A stretch of 57,827 nucleotides of DNA, filler included, from Circinaria calcarea (taxonomy: Eukaryota): the NCBI GenBank assembly GCA_051942165.1. It is 4 parts of 4 records of this genome, joined end to end, with 100 filler letters (N's around TTAATTAATTAA, not from the genome) between each part and the next. Parts side by side here need not be neighbours in the genome. Positions count along the whole stretch, not along the records: positions 1 to 14,401 come from JAVECS010000434.1; positions 14,502 to 28,894 come from JAVECS010000435.1; 2 more parts are not named here. One strand, 5' to 3'. Positions within the stretch are counted from its first letter, which is position 1; every line of letters begins with the position of its first letter. Below, one piece after another: positions 11,381 to 23,200 of the stretch. The position numbers and the translations under genes were made by a program. Below the pieces are notes generated by a model. That model ran no database searches and was not told the DNA's origin. It was given only the letters and a program-made list of their open reading frames with translations.

Positions 11381-12871
11381 GATCAGGTGAATGTCGCAAA
11401 CCAGAGCCACAAATCATGCGACAGTGCCACGAAGAAACCTGACTGACTTGAAGGGAAGCCAAATAGAAAGGCAGGAAAGCGCAGGGTAGTGAAACACTCT
11501 TTACCTTGACAGAACAGCTTGATCGACCGCAACGTTGGCGGCTTTAACAGGGCTGTACCTCAAGGAGTAACGCCGGATGAGGAAAGTAAACGCGACGACG
11601 CACATGGAGGTGCTGCACTCACAATATCCGCTATTGACCCACTTCTCCTGGGTGTGGAGAGCAGCACGAATACTCCGGAGCTTTACTTAGCTCCGAGCTG
11701 CAACCCCCCATTCTCCACCATCACCACGATATCGATGCATTCTCCATCGGCATTCAACCGCCAGAAGTCCGAAAGCGACCACAATCCTGAAAGCGCGCAA
11801 TCACACACCCATTCTTTGGGATATGCGATGGATGAGGTGCTAGGGGAAGGGCAGCAAGCAGAACCAGGGTGTGGTGACCTCAGAAAGAGATGCTTGCAAG
11901 AATACACCTATTTATAATAGCGGATAGGAAATTTGATTGAAGTCAGTTGCGGGTGAAAAACCTGTTCCTTTGGCAGTCAGTAACTTAACTCAATGGTATA
12001 AATGATGGGTGAAATACTTACTACTCTAAGGTACTGATGAATGTATGAAGTATCAACCAGTGTGGAACAAAGAGAAGACTTTCTTGTGTTCCAACGCTCA
12101 ATGGAATCCCATAGGCCTGAGATTCTCTTTGATATGAGAGCGAAAGCTTAACAAGCTAATTTATATCTTGAACAACGGAGAACAGATAGAACTACTGCTG
12201 CTCAGTACTCATCCAAGACTGGACAAAGACCAAGATGATCTGTCATGTATCATTTGCCAAGTCTCTTCTAGTGGAGTATGCTTTCCGATGTCCACAAGCC
12301 ATCCTCAAGGTTCGCAGATGGCAGAGCTGATGAAGGGCAGAGGTCAAAGAGAGCAAGCTGTGATGGGAAACAGGCAGGTTGAAATCAGGAACCGGTAAGG
12401 TAACTGCTCCGTCTGGCCCTCAACAGTCAAGTGTTCCCGCCTTGACGTTTCCTTCTGCTCTGTTGTGTACATATCTGGACTACTGTGCTCTGTGGATGAC
12501 ACGGCGAAGCTGTCATGGTATCAGGTTGATATTAGAGCTGATAGCGGGAGGGAAACCATGAGTGCGTTGTCAGAGGTGAACGAATTTTTCGACTGTTGTA
12601 CTGAGTTGGATGCTAGACGGTGAAGGTTGAAGGGAGTGATGAGAAAATTAATAAACCCGCGGACGAAAGTGTTAATGATATCAGGTCAAGGCTACAAACA
12701 CAACGAATCCCTGAGCAAGAGACCTATTTAGGCACATGTAGGTATGAATGGAAGGTAGAACTAGCCGAGCCTGCGGACCGTTGCCAAGCCAAGCCCACTA
12801 TCTCCTCTTTATCACATTCCAGCGTCACACAGAAATGCCTTGAATCTCTCTTCAATTTTCTCCGCAAAACG

Positions 12872-14401
12872 ATGCCCAGCTCCATCGAAGGTTTAATTTT
12901 CCCAACGGCGGCAGACAACTTCTCCAAGACTCTCACCGCCCTAAAGCGATCAACGCTATCGGTTCAGAACCGTTTGCGCTCCATTGAAGCAGATGCCAAA
13001 TTTGTAAAGGGTGTCGCAGATTTCTATGGTCTTCCAGTGGTAGCCAACGAACGATGCGGAAGTTGGTACATTGCACCGGCTGAAAAGCACGGGAGTGCGT
13101 ACTTTAAGAGCACAGATGGGCACCAAGGCCAATGGAGATTCAGTACGCGGCGACTGAATCTGCAGCTCTTAGCAATCATAGGGAAGCATGACGGGTGAGT
13201 CCATGAAAATCCATAAAAGATTTGAACACAGCAAAGCTGACTGCTATTTGAAAGATAGGTGTATCATTGTCGATTCTACCAGACGTGGGAAAAGTATGCC
13301 AGACGCGCTATCAAAGACATTTCCCATCTGGTGTGCGGTCATGAACAGACTTCTCTTTCTAGAGATTACCGACTGCCGGTTACTGCACACACCATCTGAT
13401 GTTGTGGGGGCTTCGGAGCATACCCAAATTGAAGCAAAGCTTGAGGGCTTCGTTACGGAAATAAAAGTAGAGCAACTGGGTGGAACTATACAACACCTAG
13501 CTGAAATGAGTGCTAGGATTTAAAATTGGATATAAACTCTTTACGAGAAAAACTGACAAAACCACTCTTACCTGTCTGGATTACGCAACAGGAGCCTCTT
13601 CCGACTGTACCGAGAGATGGAGAATATCATTATATAATGTGTTGTACGGCATCAAGGAGAATTGAGGGGGCTGAAATGTCGGAAGGGGGCTATATACAGG
13701 GGGCTGGAGATGATAGCGAAGGGTGGTCTCATGGACTGACTCCCGTCATGTTTTGGCAGAGTAAAGAGCAGTTGATGAGGACTCCCGAAGAAGAAATACC
13801 CGAGACGATAAAACGACTCATTGCAGAAGAGCAAGCAAAAAACGTAGGGTTTTCAACAGCCGTCGTTAGGCCAACGAATCTAGTCCACCTCGGGGCGTTG
13901 AATGCAAATGAAAACTTGGGCAATGGATTCGGTTGCAGCATTATATGCGGAACACCACGGCCATCAGCTAAGATTTCAAAGACGGAGAAAGAAGACCATG
14001 CAACTCGCACGCTCTATCTAGACTGTGGCAGTGGGAAACTTGGCAGTAGGGCATTACGAACGGAGTTGCAGCGCCTCCAGCCATTCATAAAATCTGCATT
14101 GTCAAAAGGACCAAAAACTATACTGCTAGCTTGCTCCACAGGGCGAGATCTCTCCGTCGGAGTAGCTTTGGCTGTGTTATGTCTCTACTTTGCAGATGAC
14201 GGTATGACACTATACGTGTGTTCTGACGAGACTGTTTGGGAAGACTGACTCTACCATGTATTATAGGTTCGTTACTACCTCATCCATACGACCAAGAAAT
14301 CGACAAAACCTACATCCGTCGCCGTCTGGGATGGATCATGGCTTCGAAGCCTGATGCGAATCCGTCTCGAGCAACGCTACAGGCTGTCAACGCATATCTC
14401 A
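12872..14401 (+). CDS. RIT1: Initiator tRNA phosphoribosyl transferase (tRNA A64-2'-O-ribosylphosphate transferase), 4 exons, last codons lost in the gap
   Basis: Rit1 motifs LPVVANERCGSWYI, YFKSTDGH, RRLNL, IIVDSTRRGKSMPDALSKT, YIQGAGDDSEGWS, C..GRDLSVG and NPSRATLQAVN. Intron 1 is 13195-13258. Confidence 0.93.
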
Positions 14402-14501
14402 NNNNNNNNNNNNNNNNNNNNNNNNNNNNNNNNNNNNNNNNNNNNTTAATTAATTAANNNNNNNNNNNNNNNNNNNNNNNNNNNNNNNNNNNNNNNNNNN
14501 N
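14402..14501. other. Artificial contig linker N44-TTAATTAATTAA-N44
   Basis: Exactly 100 nt with a six-frame stop 12-mer in the middle; identical to the linkers at 28895 and 43375. Confidence 0.97.
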
Positions 14502-14727
14502 ATAGAGAGGAGAAAAGGGAGGGGCGGGAGGATAACGCTTATACGGAAGCTTAAAGTCTCCCAAAAAAATATAAGATGACGAGGGGCTTTCTTCTGCCAT
14601 GTACCTGTACATCTGGCCATACATGCATGCCAAAATCTGCCACATGGGCGGATATAGAATACGTACATGGAACAAAGTAAAAAGGGAAAAAAAGGGACAA
14701 TTCGGGATAAGAACCGGGAAGCCGCCC

Positions 14728-15918
14728 TCAATTCACGCGGGACGCTCCAAACGCCCACGCTGGCAGTTCCTTGTCCCTCAGCCGTCCCTCCCGCTCAGCC
14801 ATAAGTCTCGCATCTTGGATATCCTCGATAAGCTTAAACGCAAACGGGCGGTTTTCCTTTTCGTCTCGCATGCAATCGTACACGAGATCGTTGAGATACG
14901 GCGAGTAATGTCGGCCCGCCCGCGCTCGGCGTTCCATGCCGATCCTCGCTTCCTTGCTGATTTCCCACTCGTACCGACCACTGGGCGTGGTGACTTCCTG
15001 TGGCGGGGGCGGTAAAGGTCCCCGCCGGAGTAACTTGCACAGGGACAAGATCACCGAGCCGAGAACCCAGACGTCCGCTCGCACCGTCGACTCGGCCAGC
15101 TCGGGCGGCCAGTACAACGGCGTTCCGGTTCCGCCGGCAATCTCTTCAAAGTCGGCATGGCCTCGCATGGTGGAGATGCCAAAGTCGCCCAGGACCACGC
15201 GCGGGAAGGGCGGCGGACGGTACTCGGTGACTTCGCGTTTAAGGAAGCAGAGCGGGAAGTGCCGTGGTCTCTGCCAGACGTATTCCTCCATTCTCCCGGC
15301 GCGAAGGAATATGTTTGCCATTTTGATGTCACGGTGTAGTATGATTGGCCATCTTGCCATGCATTCGGTTGCGATTTCGATATCGGTCATGTTGGGAAAG
15401 TCGGATCGAGCAACGGTGCTGCCGGATGGGATGCCGTGGTGGATGTACTGCAGTGCACTGGCGAGACTCGCAAAGACGTGCCAGATGAACGACTCCGGTA
15501 TCCTGACGGATCCGTCAGGATGGCGTTTGTTGCGTTCCTTGTAGTTTGTGACCAGATCCAATAAGTTACCGCGATTGCAATACTCGACGTACACACTGGC
15601 TTCCCTTGGATTGTTGGCGATGAAAGCATCGATGAACTTGAGGATGTTGGGATGTTCGAGAGACTTTAAAAAGTATATTTCACGTAGCAGCATCTTGTGG
15701 CTCATATCAATCCTCTTTTCGACACACTGGACTCTGTCGGACATCCTCCGTACAAGAAAGATGCCGTGATTGAGTGCGCCATCGCCTTTCTTGTCGAGCT
15801 TCTCCAATACGGTATAAAGATGGCTTGTCCTGGTCTTGCTGATAGCACGAGGCCGGTCTGCTGGGGTTCCATATGAATCGTGGAAGTGTTCCTCCCAGTC
15901 CTCCATAACTCGATCCAT
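14728..15918 (-). CDS. Divergent Ser/Thr protein kinase (NIMA/Nek-like fungal group)
   Basis: LEHPNILKFID, YVEYCNRGNL, IPESFIWHVF, HRDIKMANIF, LGDFG, GTPLYWPPE, ADVWVLG. Likely start is the ATG at 15918. Confidence 0.85.
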   Translation of the reverse strand: MDRVMEDWEEHFHDSYGTPADRPRAISKTRTSHLYTVLEKLDKKGDGALNHGIFLVRRMSDRVQCVEKRIDMSHKMLLREIYFLKSLEHPNILKFIDAFIANNPREASVYVEYCNRGNLLDLVTNYKERNKRHPDGSVRIPESFIWHVFASLASALQYIHHGIPSGSTVARSDFPNMTDIEIATECMARWPIILHRDIKMANIFLRAGRMEEYVWQRPRHFPLCFLKREVTEYRPPPFPRVVLGDFGISTMRGHADFEEIAGGTGTPLYWPPELAESTVRADVWVLGSVILSLCKLLRRGPLPPPPQEVTTPSGRYEWEISKEARIGMERRARAGRHYSPYLNDLVYDCMRDEKENRPFAFKLIEDIQDARLMAEREGRLRDKELPAWAFGASRVN

Positions 15919-16134
15919 GTTTCTTAAAAGAATGAAGTCACAGAGAGAGAAATCAGTAAGCGCTAGTCGTGCCTGCCAGCTTGGAGTAAGACAACAATGT
16001 GGTCGAAATAGCAACTACCAGACAGCAGCTCTGGGAATAGATTTGGTGGATACATATACATCTATCTAATCCTTGAGCAGCTCTTAATAGAGCGCAATCG
16101 TCGCCTTGTAAATATCGTTTCCATCACTTATAGG

Positions 16135-16944
16135 GTGAATGCAGTTTCGCCCATAACAATGTATCATCACTCGTATTCACCAGAATCAGCTGGGAAACCA
16201 TCAACGAGTCTTCGACCAGCCAACAATGATGCCGTATCCAGGAAGAGGCCGTCAAGCTCTTATGCTGTGCGCATAAAGGCACACTCCGAACATTGCTACC
16301 CTGCCTGCGACAGTGAAAGAGACCAACATCATAGTGTCAGGACACCTACGCGGAGTACCAGTCTTCGCCATCCACGCTATGAGATGGCTCCCCTAATTCT
16401 AGATGAGTTCAAGACAACCACTCGACGCCGTCTCCATGCGGACAGGCTGAAGCCTTGGACCGTCAAGCACTCCAACGAGCCCAAGCCGACGACTCACTCC
16501 AACCAACGTCCGCCTGTTCCGGAAACGAACGATGCTCAAGAGGCTTTGGCTCGTGAAAGCCAGGAGCAATCACCTGGTCACACAAGCGTGGGAGATGGAG
16601 AAGGCAATGACGAGCAAGATTCAATCGGTCAATCATCAAGTCAGATGCGCCCAACAGACGAGACTAAAGCGAGTGCAGAGCAGAGAAAAGCAGAATGGGA
16701 GCGAATACGCGCCGCCTTGCAGACCAACTCAGATGACGAGACGAGAGAAGATTCACCGACTCCTGGGCCGAATCGAGTGGCGCATCAAGGGCCGCTTGGA
16801 ACATCTCGTGTGTGGAGGCATTCGGGAAGTAATTTCTTCCCGGCGGGCGTGAAAGGACTACATCAGGACCAAGTGGTTGAAATGGTCCTAGAGGAGCAGA
16901 GAAGGCTGAGAAGGCTGGCCGATCCTCGTGGCACCGGCCCTTAG
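16135..16944 (+). CDS. Hypothetical hydrophilic, likely disordered protein, divergent from the kinase
   Basis: 269-codon ORF rich in S/R/E/P with no recognisable domain; it may have further exons downstream. Confidence 0.35.
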   Translation: MNAVSPITMYHHSYSPESAGKPSTSLRPANNDAVSRKRPSSSYAVRIKAHSEHCYPACDSERDQHHSVRTPTRSTSLRHPRYEMAPLILDEFKTTTRRRLHADRLKPWTVKHSNEPKPTTHSNQRPPVPETNDAQEALARESQEQSPGHTSVGDGEGNDEQDSIGQSSSQMRPTDETKASAEQRKAEWERIRAALQTNSDDETREDSPTPGPNRVAHQGPLGTSRVWRHSGSNFFPAGVKGLHQDQVVEMVLEEQRRLRRLADPRGTGP

Positions 16945-18526
16945 TGTGTGGGAAAGAACGAGATGGCGATCGGCAGGGTCACGGGCGCCACGCACCGCCA
17001 AGGCCTTAGCTTGGCTCATTCCACCACGAGGGAGCGGTACGATCGTACAATGGCACGCACGGATTCGAAGGATTCCGGCCGATCTTGGGTCAGTGAGATG
17101 AGCCGTAGACACGGTACGTTGATCTCGTTGGGTGGGAGCCCTGGGGAGCGGGACCATATCAAATTGTTGAAGCCACACGATGCCGATTACTAAGCAACTC
17201 CCAAAATGTCTTGGCGCGGATGCCTCTGGCGAATGCAATGAAAAAATCAAACAGCGTAAGAAAGGGCGCAACGGAGCATGCATACCACTCCTGCACCAGT
17301 ATCCCTATCTCGGATATGTCCGCCAAGAGGGATTTATTGGGCCGTCGCAACCGGAGGCTGCAGCCATATCCGGACATCGCCCCAGGCTTGGAAATGGCCC
17401 CCAACGCCCAACTTCTCATGTAGATAGTCCTCTTCTCGCCCCCCATGCTCTACATCTTCCGCCGGGACCATCCCTCCTATCCATCTCCTGTCCTTCGCCA
17501 TCCTCGTTTCACATCCCGAACCCCACGTGTTCGCCTGCCAAGTCGTAGCGGACAGGCACAGCACTCACGGATGCTTGCAGCCGGTTCGGACGAGTCAAGG
17601 TGCTCCGGTGCATACGGGATCACTGACATGACCGGGAGTGGATGCTATTGAGTCTGCAGTCAGGCAGAGCACAGCAGACGGAGAAAAGGGACGCACGTGT
17701 GCGTTGGAACGCCAGTAGGGTGCTTGCCGCATGCACCTGTACCTTTGACACTTGAAGAATCGAGGACTTGAAATCGAGAAAATGAGGGCGAACGGGATGT
17801 GATTCGTTGACACCGGTGTATAGACTATGAAGGGAATTGCCATGGCTTTAATATGCAATCGGAGAAGAGATACCGCAAGAAAGGTGTGAAAGATTGGCAA
17901 CCGAATAATCAAGCTAGCTTATTTGTGGTGTATGCGCAGCGAGATCTCGTGTGGCTGGAGTGGTCACAATGATAGCTGGCAGACATGGAAAAACTGTTCA
18001 CTGCGATCGATGTAGCCCTTGATCACAAATTTATCGATCTATTCTCATGAAGTGAATAGTCCGACAGGCCACAACCTCGGACACCACCATCCGCCCCAAT
18101 CCAAACCGACCACTGCGGAAAAAGATATCATGAATTTAGGAAAGCCCGTCTCCTGTCCATAAACCCATTTCAGGCCTCTGATAAGGCAGTTTTCCCAGCG
18201 AAAACAAGCAGGCCTCTGATAAGGCGGTATCTTCGCGGAAATCAAAATACATAAAACCTCTAAAAAGGTAACGTTCATCCCAGTACATAATGCACATGAA
18301 CTGTCCATGGTAACGACATGATAACTCCGCGCCGTGGCTTCCTTTGAGTAGAGCACGGTAATCAGGAAAGGATTGTGTCCAGAAATGTTGAAGATGGCGA
18401 TCCTTGACTCTAGATGCGAACGCCGTAGAATGTGGTAACTCCCTAGAATATGGAACAAGGTATATGTCGTAGGAAAAGTGGCGAAGTATTTATCGAGTGT
18501 TCAGAAAGAGTTTAAGGGTTGCTAGT

Positions 18527-20296
18527 CTAAGGCGAGGCTTGGCCACTCTCTTTAGGTCGTAGGTTAGAGCTGCCAAGAGGCACTTTGGAGCCCATTTTAC
18601 GCGTCAACTTAGCATAGTCTGTTATCCGTTAGAGATTGAGCAGAAAGCGTCCAGTTCGGGGTAGAACATACGCAACCCGCATGCATTGCAGAGCGTCCGA
18701 GCCCCATCAGGACCCCGCCTCCACTCCGGGGTCTCCGCTCTGTTACAGCTATGGCATCTACCAGGGGGTGCATTCCGCTACTATATGTCAGCAAGTTCCA
18801 AAAGAAGTGGTTAAGCAACTCACGCCTCGTCGTTTCTTGGCATCGGCTCCAGCAAAACCACCACCACCTTCCGACTTGTCTGGGCCTCCAGTGGCGTCAT
18901 CACCATATTCGCTGGATTCCTTGTTGGCTTCGTCCCGGGTTCGCTGTTCTGCCAGTGCATGCTGTTGATTAATGATGACGTCTCTTATCCGCGACATCGA
19001 TTCCAATACACGACTTTGCTGCCTCATAATATCATCGCACTCTGCAAGTGTTGGTAAGGAGCTAGGCGAGAGGCCTGACCGCTGAGTATGGTGAGCTCGG
19101 GCACTAAAGTGACGGGAGAAGTCAAGTGCGCGTCCGCTTCCCTCAGCAATCTAAACGAGTTAGTTTACCAAATAGCGTGGTGGGAGATAAACGTTCACCT
19201 CGTTCAACGATGTCTCAAGATCAAATATGTCCAGGTGTCGTTTGACAGATTCCCCGTAATGTTGGCCATTCACCGGACTACCCTTTAGCGCCACCTTCCT
19301 TGCTTCTTCTGACCGATCGTGATCTAGTCCGTCTGCGCGCCACGATGGATGCGGGTTATATTGTTGCGGATAAGATAGCATACCCGGCTGCTGAGTGGGA
19401 TAAGAATGTGGTGGATGATATCCATTGTAAATATGTTGGGGCCCCATCGCGGCCACCGGCTGTAATCCATGTGCATACATAGGCGATGAATGTGATAGTT
19501 GAGCAGGGCGGGGGCTTGATCGTAAAGGGGAGGTAGGACTTGGTGCCGCCTTCGAGAAAGGAATATAAGAAACAGGCTCGTGGTTAGTGGAAGGAGGATA
19601 GCGGGCCGAAGCTGGTTCCACGTGGGGCTGCGTCAAGTACAATGGTGGTGGTCGGCGGTCCTTGGCATCTCGAGAAGGGTATCCTAACGGTTGGCCTTGG
19701 GCAAAGGGATTGGGAGGACCAGGAAGAACCGCTTCTGGATGCGATCCTACAGGAGTTGCTGGTGCGTTGACAACGGTCGGATGGGGAGTAGGCGGAGACG
19801 GGGCGGTTTGATGAGGGTTTGATGTATACGGTATTGACTGTGCACTGCCTAAAGCTTCATGAATAGATGGCAAAGATTGTCTCTGTGGTTGAGGAGGTGG
19901 TCGAGGCGGCGGTTGAGAGAGCGGTTGAGCGTGCAGGTGATTTTCTTTCTCCCTGTCATTGTCAGAAGTCCGCCGGGACTCAGGAGGCGATATATAGCCT
20001 GTGACTCCAGGCGCTTGAGTGACCGTTGTAGAAGAATACGAATAGGGAGGAGGCGGGCCGGAGTACAACGATGGACTGACAAGGGCCGGCGCTGGCATAA
20101 TATTGGTCGCCGAGGGCGGATAGTTTTGGTAACAGTTTGTCCTTTCGGCTTTGATCTTTTCCAGATCTAAAAAGTCGATTGATGGCAGCGCGACACTGCA
20201 ACAGTTAGAAAAACGTACGATAACTTCTCTAGGAACGAGCAGCCGAGCAGCTCATTCCCGCAGTGGGTAGACGGACCTTGGCCTTCCTGCGTCCAT
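18527..20296 (-). CDS. nsdD: GATA-type zinc-finger transcription factor NsdD (sexual development regulator), 5 exons
   Basis: YGESVKRHLDIFDLETSLNE, GGGFAGADAKKRRG, zinc finger CHSCNRAETPEWRRGPDGARTLCNACG and HYAKLTRK. First exon MDAGRP (20296-20277) splices to VALPSID across intron 20276-20196. Stop at 18527-18529. Confidence 0.93.
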
Positions 20297-23200
20297 CACG
20301 CTGGTTGAAGCTGTGCTTTTGCCAATTTTCATAGGCTCCTTTTCAGCTTTCTTGAAACATTCCTCGGCCTTATGGATCTGGTCTTCAGTGTTCCCTTTTA
20401 TCTGCCTTTTCTTCCCTTCCCTTCCTCCCTTCCTCCTGTCGCTTGCCGCAAATCAAGCAACGGGTCGATGGCGACTGCGCTGGTATGGTAAACCGACGGT
20501 GGTCAATCGCGCAGAGTCGTGATGGAATCAACAAGTGCAAGTCGGGCCGGCAGGGTAATTCGGATGGATAGAGGGAGGTATGAAAGATTAATCGGATGGC
20601 GTATGGAATTCCTGCGCTTTGTATCACAATTCAGCGATTGACGGAGGCAAATGCCATGCGGCAAGCGATCTCGATAGGTTCGGTGAATGACGTGGAGCTA
20701 TACCTGTTGGGCAGATGCCGAAGATGACAGTCGATTTCGCAACGTCCGAGAGACGAGATGCTGCCTATATAACAGCAGATGCAACCGGTTCCGGGACAAA
20801 GGCTCGCTGTCGCATGCATGCAGGAGAAGGTAAAGATTTGGGGGAGATGGAGAGAGACTATAGAAGGATGGATGGGACGGAAGGGGAGGGTAGAAGAGAG
20901 ATGGTACTAGTCGATCAGATCGCACTAAAAAGTGTTCCGTCCAACGACAAGAGTGTAATGCCTCGGATTAAATAAGGAACTGAAAGCCACCACCCTCCCC
21001 CCGGCCAAGCGAGGGCTGGGATTGGGAAGCCTTGTCAGAACTAAGGGTGTACTGGAGGTGGATGATGAAGAGACTCTCCCGACGGTACCGAGTGGCAGCA
21101 CTAGAAGATTGGGAACAACTCGACGGTCGGAAATGAGGGACGAGTCCTGCAGATGATCAATGACTCCTGTGAATGCTCCTCCCTCACGGACCCCAGCCAA
21201 GATCGAGACGTTGTATGCTTTATTGTGGGCTTGACACTATCTTTTCCACGGCATCGGTGCAGATTGACAGATGCAAACCACCGTGCAAGCGGCACACGCT
21301 GCCTCCAACTTCCCTGACTGCTCCGGACAGGGTCGGTGGCTCGGAGAAATACCTATTAATACATGGTCGTCGCCGAAAGGGACTCGGCATAGGAGATGGA
21401 TAAAGACGTCGCACATTCCTGTCTCTCTGCCCATCACGCTCCGTCGATTTCGGTCGGACGCTCCTGTCGAAATCTCCCATGATGGGACCATTCTCGGGTT
21501 GTGTGTGGTCACTGGTCAGCAAGAATACTCTACGTCAGGTTCCCCTAAGCAGTCTAAGGTTTACGCACTTCCGAGGATCGTTTACCGCCAATCATCCGAT
21601 GCCGTAAGCGATCACCTCTTCCCTCCTCTCTCCGGCGGTGTGTCACATGTTTTTGATTCCAACCCTTTTACGCTGCCTCATACCCGCCCGGAAAGTACAG
21701 CGACTCGTAAGATACTTTGATCTTAATGACTCCAACACCCTCAGTGGAGTGGGCAGCGTGGTCATGGGTGTATTCCCATCTAACAGACCGACCCAAGAAA
21801 AGGGCACACCTCCCCGCATTCAGCGTCACCAGTATCGATCAGGGAGACTTGCAAAGTTTAAACCACTCGCCCTCGCAGCTAGTTCATGTCAGGGACTCCT
21901 GATCCTATTCCTCTGACGGATCACAGCGATTTTCTGCAACGTTAAATCGAGATCCGTCGAACTCAATCGCACAGCAACGCGCGATTTGTCCTCTCGCCTT
22001 CTTGTCTGCGCCCGCCTGCTGCCTAGATACCCTTGGCACCACCCATCTACTTTCAAGATCTCGGAACTGCGCCGCAGTCTTCAGCCTCGACCAGAGATCA
22101 GACCGACGGCGAATCCGACACTTTTGGTTGTCAACGTGGTACGGCCGAATTGGAGGGAATCCTGATGATCCTGATAACCCATTTACCTGTGACAAACCTC
22201 CACGCGAGATAATAGGCCAAGCTTCCCCTTCCAAAGTCGCATGCTTTTACTCGCACAAGTAATAGAAACCCAACATGAATTGACCATGCCCGTCAACTGC
22301 CAATCTTATGCGACACTTTTGGGGGAGCCTACCTTAGTACTCTCAACCTTGATGCGAGTGGTTCTTATAAACACCGGTCCCTTCTCTGCATCGCATCGCA
22401 TCGCATTTATGCGATTCCTATTTAGTTGGAGCTGACTGACAGGGGGCTGCTGCTGAGCTGAAGATGATTCGTATGCAGGAATTTGGATGCAGGAATCCCT
22501 CTCTTTTTTTTGACAGCTGCGGTAAGGGCATATGCAGGATCCCTCTGGCGGGGGTTTGCAAAGCAGCCAACCAAATCGCTGCGGTACTTCAGATATGCAA
22601 TGTATCTGTGGCTACCACATGAGATCTGCGCTGTCAAAATGCGGTTGTGATAGACCAGAGAAGCTCAAATGAGGTTACATACCCTCGATCCTCGAGGGTT
22701 CGAGGTCGTGTATTTCGATGGATTCACCATAATGCACACAAAGGGATCCTTCTTGCCGGGTTGCGTCCTCAGGATTTCTTTGAATTCAGGCATCCGCATG
22801 TTTTACTGGTGTTTTGAAGATAACGAGCTCGATGAGCGGCCTTGAGACCTATTGCTGATTGGAGTTTCCATCACACAATAATTCACATGCCAGCTTTAAG
22901 TCCTTGGGGAATCAAACCTTGGATGTATATCTAGACTTGGTATGCTGAAATTAACGTAGAATGCTATTGCGACTGAATCTCCCATTGAAATGTGTACCGC
23001 ATTGGGAGACAGCTCAAATACGGTAGGTAGTCACGTACTGTGGTCGGATGTTTGTTGCGTGCTCCAGAGCGGACCAAGAGCTTGATCGTGATTGGAGGAA
23101 ATAAATACCTAGCGAGAGTTCATCTGATCGGGGGCTACTGATCCAAAGCGTCTTAGCATTTTATGCAAGATTATCTGGCTGGCATCCATCTTGGTTTCCG

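Noticed and set aside
12000..12300. Possible box C/D snoRNA (TGATGA and CTGA words, imperfect hairpin near 12063-12091)
   Set aside because: Box order and terminal stem are unconvincing, and no rRNA guide sequence was recognised.
12620..12871. N-terminal extension of RIT1 from a GTG start
   Set aside because: Rit1-like sequence begins at the ATG at 12872; the upstream frame is probably promoter or UTR.
14446..14457. TTAATTAATTAA as a biological repeat or piggyBac TTAA site
   Set aside because: It is centred in symmetric N runs three times, so it is an assembly spacer.
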